64,000 nt of DNA. It comes from Amphiscolops sp. MND2022. Lineage: Eukaryota. This document shows, piece by piece, positions 21,170 to 34,782 of this stretch (position 1 is its first letter; each line of letters opens with the position of its first letter). The notes below the pieces were generated by a model. The model made no database searches, was not told the DNA's origin, and saw nothing but the letters and a program-made list of their open reading frames with translations. The stretch is taken from positions 80,602,001 to 80,666,000 of the forward strand of contig OZ076409.1 in NCBI GenBank assembly GCA_964187785.1. The letters are read 5' to 3'. The translations under genes and the position numbers were made by a program.

Positions 21170-22943
21170 TTTCTGTAGTTCATGTGCTCTTTTATGGTAT
21201 GCTACTTACGCTCTTGTGTTCTCCAGGAAGTTGTTCAAAAGTCAGCGTTTGAAATAGGTTTAATAGTGCTGCTCCTTAGTCGCTAGCTTGTGGTGTATCC
21301 AATATTTGTTCGAGCAAAAGGTATTTCATGAGGTTTCGGCAACAAGTAGAGCTGAGAGCCCATTGTTTCTCATGGAATAATTTGTGACTTTTCATGCCTT
21401 CATCCTTGCGCATGCTTTGTCCAACCTACTTCATGTTAAACCTTGAATTATTTTTGTATTCACATACGTATAACATTTTCTATAATTTGTGTAAATTTTC
21501 AAATGACCGTGTAAACTAAATTTGGGTTGATTCTTTGAAGATGAAACGTGCAGGAACTTTTCTGTCTAAAAATTCATTACTTGGTGCTACTCGTGATTTT
21601 CTCATCATCGGCTCAACATTATTCTGGTGATTTGGTTTGGAGTTATTGTACAAATGAATTTGAATTTAATTTATGTTAATGGGTCAGTTATTCCAAAAAA
21701 TGTGCTCAGATAATGGAATTTATTATACAAAGTAAATGAGTTTTTTTTTTGTTTATTGGAAGAATGACATAGGTTTACTTGAGTTTACTAAAGTATGTGC
21801 TTCAATTGGTGGTCGCGAAGTGAATCATTGTTGTTTCTCCATACGCTATAAGAATTCTGAAACCTAATAGCCGGCTTTTCCTCAGTGTGGTCTGGATATT
21901 TGCTAGACGGTGTCTGAACTTGCGTACTCAAGTTTAATAATTTTAAACGAATCTTGGTTTTTCACGTTTAAATGTCTACTTTTTAGCAGGCGCTTTGTTA
22001 AATAAAACGCGACTATTATAGTGGGTTTTCGTGGCTTTGGAACTGCGCGAAAATTTCAAAAAATTTTCAACTTCACTAAAGTGTCCCTCAGTTTTTGTTA
22101 GTTGTTTTTGGTTTCGAAAAAAGCTCTTTTTAGCCCAAAGGGTCTCCATTTTGGGTTTTTCAGCACTGTGCAACTTTTTCTGAAAGTTTTCTCAAGAAAT
22201 TTTTAAAATTTCTGAAAAAACTTCCACTTGTAAGCTCGAAGGTTGTGTTTCGGCACTGAGAAAGCAATTTTGGCTTGAAACGTGTTTCAAAGTGACTTGC
22301 TCAAGGTCACAAACGATAAAACAAGCTTTTTTCAAGCCCGAAGAGGCTAACTTCCAATTTACCATTTTGCAAAGTTAATATCAGCATGTCAGCAGGGTTT
22401 ATATCAGCTCGATTCAAATCAATATTCGGTTTTGTACAAACATTGAACACGTTTTTGCTCAATTTCAGTTATATTAGAACATAATTAACTCTACGGGCTG
22501 GTCTGAATTTCATATGGGAAACGAAAATATATCTCTCGGCCTGAGTTTTTGTTGATTTTACCATAGTCTATTTTCATACTTTGAAAAAGAGACTGTCTTT
22601 CAGTGCGTAATAATGTAATTTATCTGAACCTTAGCTGAAAACATGATGTGCAACTATAATACTAACCTATGTTCTCCGAATTTAGTTTTGCGAACAAAGC
22701 TCATGAAAGTTCGTATCCTTTTCTGCTTCTGAATTGAATGCTACATTTCTCTGTAGCATTTGTTTCTTTTCCATATCTGGATGGTGCTCAAAAAGCCAAT
22801 GTTTGAGTTGACTATTCATGCGTGTTGCAAGTTCAACCGCCTTCATTTGTTGATGTTTTAAGGAGTGTCATTTGGCGTTTCATGGAAGCTATCAATAAAG
22901 AAACAAATATAGTTTGCATTCATGAAATGAGGCGCAACTATTA

Positions 22944-23390
22944 CTCTGTTGTGCTTAATAAGAGGGGGGGTACCTACTACTGTCTCTGCCTGAAAATCAG
23001 GGACCCCCCCCCCTCTTATTATGACCCCCCCTGGTAGCAAACACGAAAGAAATAACTGATCTTCAAAGTTTGTCTCGAATCGAAAATACAGTTAAGCAAG
23101 AAATATCTACCGCTTCTAACGAGCTACGGCCATTTTTCAACAAACTGATCTCGGAAATCAATCAACAAAGACGAAAATTCAGAAAACCGGCCGGAAAATA
23201 ACTTTTGTTTTGTATAAACATTTGTAAAAGATGCGTTTCAGTTTAATTTTTCTGCTTTAAAAATGTTTTCTAGAATTCAGGAGCTGTTTAGACCCCCCCT
23301 GTAATTTAGACCCCCCCTCTTACTGTCCGCCAGAAATTTGCTAGACCCCCCCTCTAAATATGACCCCCCCTCTTATTAAGCACAACAGAG
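22944..23390. mobile_element. Tc1/mariner-type MITE
   Basis: Perfect 28-bp TIR CTCTGTTGTGCTTAATAAGAGGGGGGGT with TA on both sides; internal GACCCCCC repeats. Confidence 0.85.
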
Positions 23391-24129
23391 TAAGACTTTT
23401 CGTCGTGTTTTTTTTCCAATCCGCTCGAAGTGACCATTTCATGCCGATTGCCAAAATTCAAAATTCTACAAATTGGCAAGTACTTTTGCTCTTGTTGAGC
23501 CTTAAGCGGGGCGCCGACTTAAGCCGTTCCCTTAGGCCTTTGCTGATCCAAGCTTGTTGGATCTTCTCGTCGTCAGGAAGTGTAGATATTCGAGCTCAAG
23601 GAAAACCTAGTAGAGTCCATATTCGGTATAATCATCGATGTACAATTTTTGAATTTCTTGCAGTCATGGCTCCGTGTGGTAGGAAATGTGAAATGTGAGA
23701 GGGAATCGAAAAGGAATATAATTAGGAACTAGATGGGAGATCTAAACGGTACCGTATGTCATGTGCTTGCTGCCATCTCGCGGGCATAGAAAGGGTCTGT
23801 TGGTGACCAATGTTACAATGTTACTCTTTTCACTAGATATTATCCATCCAATGAATCCGAAAACCATGAAGTGTATGTACCAAGAATGCAACTGACGAGT
23901 GAAAGCTCTTAAATTTTTGAATTGATTCATTTTGCTCATGTAAAATCTATGCGATATTCTCGTCAAAACTATATCTTTCTTGCCTCTCGTTCGATTCTAG
24001 GCTAGGTAGTATTAGTAAACGATCCGAAAATGCTTTTCGACCAAATTACCATTTTTGCATTGTTTGGTTTTGTCACCTTAAGGATCTATGACGCCTTAAT
24101 GTCATGTCAAACTATTTTTCAGATTTGTA

Positions 24130-27100
24130 ATGAAATCAATCAAACTTGCGCTGCAAGATGAAGCCAGAACCTTGCTGAAGAAAATCAAAGTAAGTGTTTG
24201 AATTTGATTCACAGTTAGTTATTCCAATTACAGAGTCAGTTGACCCCAAATGGTTGGAGTCGAAGTTGCAATAGATGGAAATTGTAATTGGTTCAATGTG
24301 TCGAAGGTTGAAATTGCATGTGACAATTTTGCACCGACGAATGTCTCGACGCCGCATTTGACACTGAAAAAATTTGAGGACGCTACAAATTAACATTGTT
24401 TTACATTCATAATTCATCATGGCATATGTGTCATTAATTTCCCATTTGTAGACCACAGGTCTTTTTATTGTTCCAAAATTGTGGTGTCTGTTGATAGGAT
24501 GAGAAGGAAACAGGGTCAGTGAAGGGAGGCAGCAATTACCTCACCTCTCATTCCTCCAGTGGGGGCACCTCTCAGCTGGGGGCGGGGGCGGCAGCGGCAG
24601 CAGGGAGCATGAAGAGCGAGTCCCTGGCTGCTGCCTTCTCCAACGGCACAGTGCTCTCCTCGGGCAGTAGCAGACACTACTCTGTGGTGGCACTCAACAC
24701 CTCCTGTCGCATCAAACCTCGCTCTAGAATCAAACATGCATCCACTCTCAAGGGACACATCGCCAAAGTATACAGCATGTATTGGGCCTCTGATTGCAGG
24801 TAACCTACTCACAAGTCATATGACATGGACAACTCCCTGTCCCCTGAAGATTCAAGGAAATATTCAAATTGCTGGCAATAATGTATTCATGAAATTTGTT
24901 ATATTTGTTGTACACCTTGAATACATAGTCAGAATGGTTCAATTTCATTTTTGAGGAAATAATCATTATGGGTTTTTCCTCACTGCTCGCGGAAAAGGCC
25001 ATCTTGTAAAAAAACTAATAGAATGAGTTCGGAAATATGGATAATTAGAATCCGGAACCCTGGTATAAAAGAAGCCCACTAATTTTTTTTCCTAATTTTA
25101 TGAGCTTAGACGTTGCGTTACTTGTCGCTTTTTCTGATAAAAGCTATCTATTTGTAATTTTGTTCGAAGCTTCCTGTCAAAAACCTGAATTTTCTGTGTT
25201 TGTGTTAAATATCGATTGCTACGAAAGCCATTGTGCAGCAAATTGGCAAAACGGTCATTATGTATCCATTTCATTGTAATTGAACTTTTCCAAATCAGAA
25301 TAATGTCAATTTTTACCGATTCAGGATTATTTTTTCTTTCCCTATGGGCAATGAATTCGGAGAACAATTCCCATACTCAATTATTTTTTTGTTGAGAATA
25401 ATATGATTCTGTGAATGGTCTTATTGGAATCATTTCGTATGATGGTATTATTCAAAGTTCAATGGATTTGAATGTGGACTTAGCACGTGAACGTGGCGAT
25501 ATAATTTAGGCGTGTACATGTAATTTGAGTGAGTTTTTGGTGCAATCGAAATTTCAGTTGTCGCATTATCTTTCCTTATACCGATTTCTTGCGCCTTTCC
25601 AATTCTTAGTATAGATTGTCATTTTTCGAAATTTCTTTGTTCCCCAAAATGATTTTTCTAGCTTCGTTTTTTTCTGTTAGAAAAAACCGTAAGACAAAAG
25701 GGTCCTCCCTTTGATTATTTTTGACAGGGATTTTTTGAGTTCGCAGGAAATGGACCTAAACAACTCTGATGACAACTTTATAGGTGTAAATTAAAAGCCA
25801 GTTGGTATAGCGGTTAAAGGACGAGTGTTGTATGCAGCAGGCCGTAGGCTCGATTCTTGACAAGGTCAATTTTTTTACAGGATGACGTCGTGGTTAGAGT
25901 GAGAGGTTTATAGGTAGAGGGTTGAGAGTTCGAACATGACCAAGGCAAATTGTTTACTTCTTTGAAATGAAGTATACGACTATAAATATACATTTCTCAC
26001 AGGGTTTTGACATCGTTAATTTTTTCCGCTAAACCGCTAATTCAAGAAAAAGTTTTTCTCCAAACTATTAAATGCTTGACTTCAAGTAAGTATGTTTTAA
26101 AATTGAATTGTAACCTACTTAAGTTTTTTAAGAAAAGCACACCGGAATGTTTTTTGTACTTGTGTTGTAGGTTTTACCAGGGTATGAGTGAGAATTTTTG
26201 AAAATTTATTTTGAAACTCCGGGTATACTCGAAGAAAAACTCTGATTTCTGATGCATATTTTAATCTGTATATTTTTGTTAGCCCTAAGCGGGTCGCAGA
26301 TCTATGCCGACCTGGACTTGTTTTGCTGTTTTTTTTTGTTTTTGATTTGATAATTTGTACTCGAGACTGTTTTAGGAGACTGGTCAGTGCCGCACAAGAT
26401 GGAAGATTAATCATTTGGGATGGTCACACTACTAATAAGGTTACGTAGTAGATCTTTCATTGCACGCCTCGATAAATTTTTCTTCGAGTCTACAATGTAG
26501 GACACGGAAAAATAGCAAAACGACATTCAAAATTCCCGAACCAATTAGATGAAAGATTAAATTTTCTAAATAGACATTTAAAATTCCCAAATCGACATTC
26601 AGTTCTAGTAATCCCTCAGCAGACCACTTCTTGCATGCGCTGGTAATTAAAATCGAAAGTTTGCACCGCTATGCGAAGCAGCATTTTCATTCTTTTCACT
26701 TCTCCAGTAGCATGCTATTAGCGTATGCTAATTTTGAATGCCTATTTTGTTAATTTTGAATTGGAATCGAGATTGATAAAGTGGACTGATTTTGGAAAAC
26801 AAATTTGACTGTCATTTTGCAAATTTTCAACGTCCTACACTGTATTTCCGGTGATGTTCTATTTTGTCTGTCTCATTACGGGTTATGTCAATCAACACCG
26901 TTTACTAACATCCTCATACTTACCGTACTTACAGTAGCATGTGCATATAGCAATCTCCAGTTGGTTTAACGTTTAAAAAGCAGTTAGCTATAAAAACAGA
27001 AGTTGTAAAGAGAAAACAGTGAATTCCTGTATTCAATCGTTTTAAAAGTACAAAATCATTAAAAGGCGTAAACGTTTTCCTATAGTTTTTTTTGACTTGT

Positions 27101-30100
27101 GAAAAGGTGAGCAAATAATGACAACTTTTTGTACATCTAATGCATTTTTAGGTGTTATGTATTATTGGTGAAGCGTTTTCAATTATGTTCTGGGCCGTTC
27201 GCGTTGAAAACCGGGAAAATTCAAATGAATGTTGGCACAAAAGTATGTAACTGCATCTTAACAGTTTTATACATAAAAATGGCGATTTCAAGACATTGTG
27301 AAATTGGGGGTCATATAATTCATGTTCGTTATTATTATTTCTGCGATAGCAGGAATATTATTGAAATCTCAAGATTTCAACTTTTTTCAGTACACTTCTT
27401 GTACTACATGCATAGTCAGTCGAATCATGTTAGTTTATTGAAAACCTTGGAGGTATTTGGTTGTGAAGCCTCACGATTAGTAAAGTGTAACAATTGTGAC
27501 GTGTTGCAGGAGCACGCGATAGCTTTAAGATGTGATTGGGTGATGACTTGCACATACTCGCAATCGAACCGCATGGTGGCGTCTGGAGGACTGGACAACA
27601 CTGTCTCGGTGTACAACCTGGAAACTCGGTTCTCGGACCTCACAGACAGAGATCAAGCCAAGACTCCAAACAAAACTCTTTCAGTGCCCTCTCCATGTGG
27701 ACACACAGGTTACCACTAGTTCCTAATTCCCTTCCCACCTTAGACTTTGTTCCTTTGTGTATAAGTCTGTCTTGGCTGATGAAAAAATTGAACGGAAGTT
27801 GACTGCAAATGATTTCAAAGCAGTAGTAGAATTCAATTTTGTTAACATCTACAGATGTACAGTAGTGATATTATTAAAAGCAACAAAAGGCAAATCTCAA
27901 AATTGAATATCTCTGAAACAGCAGCGAATTTTGAAAAATGATAAAAGTGGAAGTTTCATAGATTTTTATCTAGTTTACAAATATGTTTGTTTGAAAATTG
28001 TAGAAGTTACGATAGGCCATTTTTAGCCAAATTTAGGCCAAAATTGAGGTTTTTCTCACTTTTGACATACTTTTGCTCAAAATTTTTGAGAAATTTTATG
28101 TTCAATTGGCACCCCTGATTTAACTGAAGCCCCTGATATGTTTTGATTAAGAAATCATTCTAAAATCGCAAAGAAAATACGCTGTAAAATTCAAAAAACT
28201 AAAAATTGATGTTCTGGAAATCGCTCTCCACCAATGAAATGAGCGCGTGAGACGTTATTTAGCCAATGATATTTCTTTATTTGCTCTCTTTCCGCGTGCT
28301 TTGTTGCTTTTAATAATATCGCTACTGTAGATATTGCACTTATTCCAATTTAGAAGAATTTTTGATGACTGCGTCGAAGAAAAATCGTCGAGTAAAAACA
28401 AATTTGAACATTTTCAGTCGAATAAATTCGTTAGATCGAAGTCTTGTTGGATATTTAAAGCTTCACACAAGGCGGTGGATTAATTTTTTTGCTAAATTGG
28501 AACTTTCCTTGAGTATATAGAATTGACTTTTAAGCACGAATTCATGAACATTAGAGTTTTTTTACACTGGAACCCATTGTTTTGTTGCAGCATTCATTTC
28601 TCGCGCTCGTTTTGTCAACAGTGACTTTGAGCTCCTAACATCATCCGGAGATGGCAAATGGTGAGTTTTCGTCCTGATTCGAAAAGGTAAAACTTGATCT
28701 TCTTTTGACTGTTTACGTTTATTCGTTTTGTGTAGTATACTGTGGGATTTGGTTGACCAAGCTCCCAAGACAGAGTTTGTGGGCCACAAGAACGACGTTT
28801 CATCTTTTGCATTCTCGCCCGACTTTCGTCTGTTCGTCACAGGGGGCGGAGACTGTGTGCCCCGTCTGTGGGATCTCCGACTCGGTCAAACTGTCCGTCT
28901 CTTCACGGATTTAGAAAGCCCCAAACAAGATATCAATGATGTCGCGGTTGGTATCTTTATCGCTAATTATTTCATTCTGTTAGTTTCGCCCTGTGCATCT
29001 TAAATTGATGACTCAATGGTTAGCTTGCGCTATTTCATATTTTTGCAATAAAAGTTAATACTCGTTAAAATCGATATTCCGCCGGCGCATTTCACGCTAT
29101 TTTACGATGAGCAATGGAAAATTATACTTAAAAATCTAGTTGTTTCATAAATGGATTCTAAAAAATGTTTCAATTCTCAAACCATTTAGTCCCCGTCTTT
29201 CCAAAAAACGATTATATTAGCCCAGCGAACGATTTCTATATAATTATTACTTCTAACAGCCACTTAGCCTAGATGTTAACCCGGATTTTCTGATGTCTGA
29301 AAAGCAGGAGTACGTGGGTTCGAGTCTTGCACTAAACCAAAACCAAACTTTTGTTTGCAAAAGTTGAGGGTTGACCAAATGGTCCTCCATTTGGGTTTTT
29401 TCAGAGCTATGGAATTTTTTTCCCGAAGTTTTAAAATTCGCAGTGCCTCCTTCGATTTTTTTGCTGAAACAAATCGTTTTGCGAGCATAGACGGCCACCT
29501 TCGGTTTTTTCGGCACCTTCGGTTTGCAAAAGTTGAGGGTTGACCAAATGGTCCTCCATTTGGGTTTTTTCAGAGCTATGGAATTTTTTTCCCGAAGTTT
29601 TAAAATTCGCAGTGCCTCCTTCGATTTTTTTGCTGAAACAAATCGTTTTGCGAGCATAGACGGCCACCTTCGGTTTTTTCGGCACCTTCGTCGTAAATTT
29701 TTGGTTTTCTCTCAAGGAAAACCGTTTTCGGAGTCTTGAGTGTGACCTCTTCGGTTATTTTTTTGGTCCTGTGGAACTGATGAGTGTTTTCTCAATAATT
29801 ATAGAAGAGAGGGTTTTTCGGCACTGTGCTAATTTTCTTCGAAAAAAATTGGAGAAAGTGCCCCCTTCACTTGACTGTTTTCGGCTTGAAAATGAACGTT
29901 TTGTGAGCGTAAAGCTCCTTTTTCGGCACTATAAGACTTTCCGAAAAAAAATTCTCGAAAAATCGTTTTTAGTTGTGGGAAAACCGGTTTTTGAGTCTTA
30001 TGGGGTACCCCTTCGGGTATTTTGCGGCACTGTAAATTCGATAAATTTATCACAATAGTGTCCCTTTGCATATTTAAGAAACTTGGTTTTTTTTAAACCA

Positions 30101-31806
30101 TGAGCGGGGCGTCGACTTGGGCCGTTCCCGTCTTTTTAGTCGGCGCCTTTTCCCTTAAGGAAAAAAGCCCGACTCTTACAGTGAGTAGTTTTTTTTTTTC
30201 AGTTGACAATCTCACTCTGAGTGGTCCACTTTTCTTACAATTTTTCTTCATCTTTCATATTTGTTCATCTTTCATCTTCGACCCAGCCGGAGAGCGTGGG
30301 TTCGAATCCCGCACTAAACCATAAATTTTTTAATGAGTTTTTCGGCATTGTGCGACCTAAAAAATACTTTTTTTTTGAAAAAAAATCAAAATTTTTTTTG
30401 AAAAAAAAATTTTTTTCCAAATTTTTCCAATAGTTGTTCCTTGAATATTTTTGAGCCTAAGATATGGCGCCGACTTGGGACGTTCCCGTCTTGTTTTCTA
30501 TTGGAATACACGAAAACAGTTTATAAACTAATTTTCCTCCCGGTTATGTAATGTTTTTAGTTTGACTGTTTTATTTTGACTTATTGTTCTCTAGCTTTCG
30601 GCAGAACTCAGCTTGATGTCGGCTTCAATAAAACGCATTTCATTTGTGGTTTTGTTCAATCTAATTATAGCATCCATTTTGCAGAATGACGTCAACTTTA
30701 TCAGGACGTTCCATTAATTTTCATAACTTGAAAGATGATCGAAAATGAGGATTACCATGTAAATGACATACAAATGAATAAATAAATTCATTGACCAAAC
30801 ACTGATACTCAAAGTCAACTATGCATGTAATTGAGGAATTGCTATCAAATCCGCCTAATTCGTAGAGCTGCAGGCTAAAACAAATCAAAAAAGTACATTA
30901 AATCTGTACAAAAAAGAAATACGAAGTAAACGGCCAACAATGTATGTCCTTGCAAAATAATTTTGACATTGCTGGTCTCTGTCACTGAATAAACTTTCGC
31001 TAAAAACAAGTTTTTGTTTTTGCTACGCGTTAGTTTGATATTCAAAGACATCAAAGCAAGATGATTATCCAACGTCCAGAAAGTTCCTTTCTGAGTTACT
31101 TTGAGGTTTCTATCACTTTTCAGCTCGTGAATGTTGTAATTTGTTGTTTCAGTACTTTCCAAGTGGGTACGCATTTGCGACGGCAAGTGAAGATTCGTCA
31201 GTGTCGCTGTTTGACATAAGGAGCAATGCACAGATCAGCAAATCGGACGAGACGGGCGCTGGCAACTCTGCCTGCACTTTGGCCTTCTCCAAGAGCGGCA
31301 GATTGGTCTTCGTCGGCTACTCCTCCAGTCCCTACCTCGCTGCAATCGACATCATTAATCATTCCACTCACATAAGTCAGTTCTCTCACTCAAAAGTCAA
31401 TCGCCTACTCAAATGAAAATACTGTAGGCCAATCTATTTAAACTTGCTTTTCTTATAGCTGCTAATGCAATAAGATTTTCCAAAAGATTTTCATTGTTTG
31501 TTGCTAGAGAAAAGGGGTTTCTTGAGCAAACTATTTATGCCGTTTTTCACAGAGCATACATTAACATGCGTGGTTTCTTCTGTATCAAAACTTTGTTTTC
31601 GAGGAAGCTATCTAGTTTGGCAAAGTTTCTACAAAAGATTGAACGAAAATTTATTGTTGGTGATTTTGTCAGCAATTTTGACGTGTTCAGGTTTCAATCC
31701 CGCTTCGAAGGTCCACACATCGAGGGTGAGCAGTTTGGGGGTAACTGACGACGGCTTCGCTTTGTGCACTGCCTCCTGGGACGGCACATTGCGTATATGG
31801 GCCTGA
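24130..31806 (+). CDS. Heterotrimeric G-protein beta subunit, divergent (8 coding exons, 414 aa)
   Basis: GT-AG exons 24130-24189, 24498-24799, 26376-26439, 27510-27708, 28591-28660, 28736-28946, 31153-31375 and 31691-31806 total 1245 nt in frame. N-terminal helix [22 protein letters not shown]40 motifs [79 protein letters not shown]. Confidence 0.88.
26493..26842. mobile_element. TA-flanked MITE in a G-beta intron
   Basis: Left end CAATGTAGGAC versus right end reverse complement CAGTGTAGGAC; TA on both flanks. Confidence 0.5.
27860..28327. mobile_element. Tc1/mariner-type MITE in a G-beta intron
   Basis: 28-bp TIR CAGTAG(T/C)GATATTATTAAAAGCAACAAA with one mismatch; TA on both flanks. Confidence 0.82.
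29184..30495 (+). mobile_element. Two head-to-tail Helentron/DINE-1-like family A copies (~29184-30132 and 30133-30495)
   Basis: The 3' end GGCGTCGACTTGGGCCGTTCCCGTC joins directly to a new TTTTTAGTCGGCGCC start; the final end is GCGCCGACTTGGGACGTTCCCGTCTTGTT. Both copies contain GGTTCGA boxes. The left boundary is approximate. Confidence 0.62.
29353..29690. repeat. 169-bp tandem duplication
   Basis: 29353-29521 repeats at 29522-29690, apparently identical; the duplicated peptides in the ORF track show the same thing. Confidence 0.9.
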
Positions 31807-34782
31807 TACAGCACAAGCAGTTCATTAATCCCGTGCGCAATACAGTTCGACGCAACAATGCTCCAGCATCTAATAATACTGTAGTTTCATGCCAATCGCC
31901 ATTAAGAAATTGGGTCTTAGGCCCTTTATTTTATTCATCTCTTCTCCCCTTCTGACCTTTTACAGGGCAGTGTCACGTGATACCAGCACTCACTTGAACT
32001 TTGATCCCGATCTGTTATGAGGAGTCAGAGGTTTTACATGGCTGATACAGTCAGGAACAGCAGTTTCTGATTTTGCAATGGTCCGTACTCTTTGCAATAT
32101 GTCGGGGCAATACGTTCATTTGTTCTTTCATTTATTACTATTAGCACAAATGCATCGAAACAATCCCATGTCACATAATCAGACGATGTTAGTGTTTTAT
32201 GTTCATTTATAGAAATGGTTGGCAATATTTATGTTCATTTACTATTCCGAGAATGCGATAACCGGAAGAATGTCATGTGGAAGAATCTTGACTCTTGAAT
32301 TTCACTTTAAAATAAAACCTTCTAAAGTTTGATGAGTGAAACCAAGGAGTCTTTATTCCATCTTCTTAGATGTGCATTTTGTTTTGGATTTTTGTTTGCC
32401 AAGTTTCTTGAACGTTCTTCCTTCGACACAAGTTTGATGGAGTTTATACTAGCCAAGAATTCAACAAAGGTCATGAATATTAAATTTGGTTATGGAATGG
32501 CGTCTCTATTTGAGCACAAGAGTTACCAGACAAAACTTTCGTTGGCAAATAAAATACCAAGAATTCATGTCTTACATTTGTAGTATAGCATTGATATATA
32601 ATGTATTTCAAATTTTTATTGAACATCAATCTGAAATGGCTGAAGCGGCGTGCAATATCAAATTTACACCTCCGCTATTTTGTTCTGGAGCATGGATAGA
32701 TTTTCAGACATCCATTGTGACATTTTTCATGTCCGCGTAATTTTCCACCCCCACTTCCTTCAAACATCTTTCATGATTCATGCAAAACTATTTTTGGAGA
32801 GTAACGAAACACTTAAAGTGCTCATTCCACTAATTGCCGAGAAAAATGTGCTATTGTTAGAAAAGTGTATGACATTTGAAGTTAAAATCCAATTTTTTTC
32901 AGCAAAAAAATAATTGGCTTGCAAAGTGGCCTTTTTTGTTTTTTTTTTGGCCTATTGCTTATATTTTTGGTCTATATTGCTGTTTTCACTAAATTCATTA
33001 TAAGGGCGTATGCACTAGAAACAGACTAGTTAGCTTGAGACTAAAAATAGCATTTTCACCGATAAAATTGATGCCATTTTCACGAGATGTGAAGATTTGA
33101 GGTACGAATGGGTATTGATGAATGAAAAAAGGAGCCAAAGACTTTGTGCCGTAAATTTTCAAAACAGTGCAAGATATGCCAACAATGCCTGTGCCATGTT
33201 TAATGGATTTTTGAAGCAGGAGATCTTTAGATCACCCAATGAGAATACGCATCGAATAATATCTTGAACTAATATCGTCCAATCAAAATTTTCGTAATGT
33301 TGGAGTGCTAATTCTTGATTCCTAGTCATTAGTTGACTTTAACTAGGAAGCTTTCGATGCACCCAATAGCAGCTTGTGATAAGGCCATGAAGTTTTGTGA
33401 ATTAATCTTCATTTTTCATTGGCACTTACAGCACTCCGATAGTTTTTATGGCCTATATAAAAAGGACCATTTCAATGAAAAATAATTGTGGTCCTTGCTT
33501 CAAAAGATGGCTTGACTATTCCACCTCTACATGTATTCCAAAACATCTACCTTTGCAATGAAATCTCCAATTTCTTGTGTTTGAATTTATATTTTAATTT
33601 TCATTCGCGATTTACCGATAATCAGATAATATGGCTAGTAAATGTTTAGTGAAGTTTTTATGGAGTCAATTTAGGGTGCTGAGCTAACTTTTGAATCAGT
33701 GTCTATCGAATAAAGGTTTAAATTTAAATAGTTTTATTGTACTTGTCGTTTTTCATGCTGGAAATGATTCTTGCTGAGTTAAAAGGAACAGGGAAAACTA
33801 GTGGTGGTTAATTTTCTCGTTGAGTTTCAATATTCATGCCTAATATGATTATGAAGTTTTAAATGCATGATGAGGAACCTGGAAAACCTATTTTGTGTTA
33901 TCATAGAATAAATCTCAGCAATCAGGTTTTAGTTTCGAACCAAATTTATACCCAAACACTGCTGTTGTGCGAGCTGGTTATGGCATTTTTAAACGTCAGG
34001 TGAAAATCGAAGTTAAAATCTCCCAAACAACCTATTGCAAAATTTCCAGAATTGTGGAATCGTGGTATACGCTCACATCACGGAGGTTTCCTAAATGCTA
34101 GAGCGTAGCTCGTTATTGACGATCAAACTGCTGGTTTTAACGAAGACCAACTGCGAGGACCGCGAGTTTTGATTTGATTTTTTTTCAGGTTTGACATAAC
34201 CCTCTTAACTACTAACTTCTGGCTACGTCAAGTTCTCTAACTGCGTGCTCTATGAAGAAAACATCAAATCCTTATAACAGAAAATGAAAGATCTTGAAAG
34301 TCAAATTGATTACTTGGAAGATGAACTTAGTGCTACGAAACATCAAAAATCATCAAACGAGCAGCAGTTATTTTCATACCAATTATACGAGAACAAACAA
34401 CACAAACAGGGAGGACGATCCCAATTGAAAAAATGAAGATCGTAATGTTTTCCGAACATCGAAGTCGTTCGGTGCAAGTAGCAAAAAGGAAAGCTTGTGC
34501 GGAGTAAATCAACCCTGTTTCAATGTGCGAAGTAAATCAACCGTGATCAATCAGCGCCTTCACGGGAGGTAAGCTCGAGTTACGTTACACAGACCTACGC
34601 TACAAGGAGGGAAATTATACCTCCTGAAATTAGTATTGCTACGATGTTACGAGTTTTACGCTATAGTGCAGGTACTTAATTGAGGGATTCAACTGTATCT
34701 GGTTCAAACATCACTTTTACCCTGTAGCAACGATCGGGACATTGAAAGAAAAATGTATACGTTACCTTTTTTGTATCTATAA

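Noticed and set aside
25797..25950. tRNA-like sequences (also ~9400-9470, 34940-35012, 37340-37425, 62040-62110) as functional tRNA genes
   Set aside because: A/B-box remnants only; the acceptor or anticodon stems do not pair properly, and they lie within repeats.
32300..34700. Possible decayed TE or gene fragments downstream of the G-beta gene
   Set aside because: No motif chain convincing enough to name a family.
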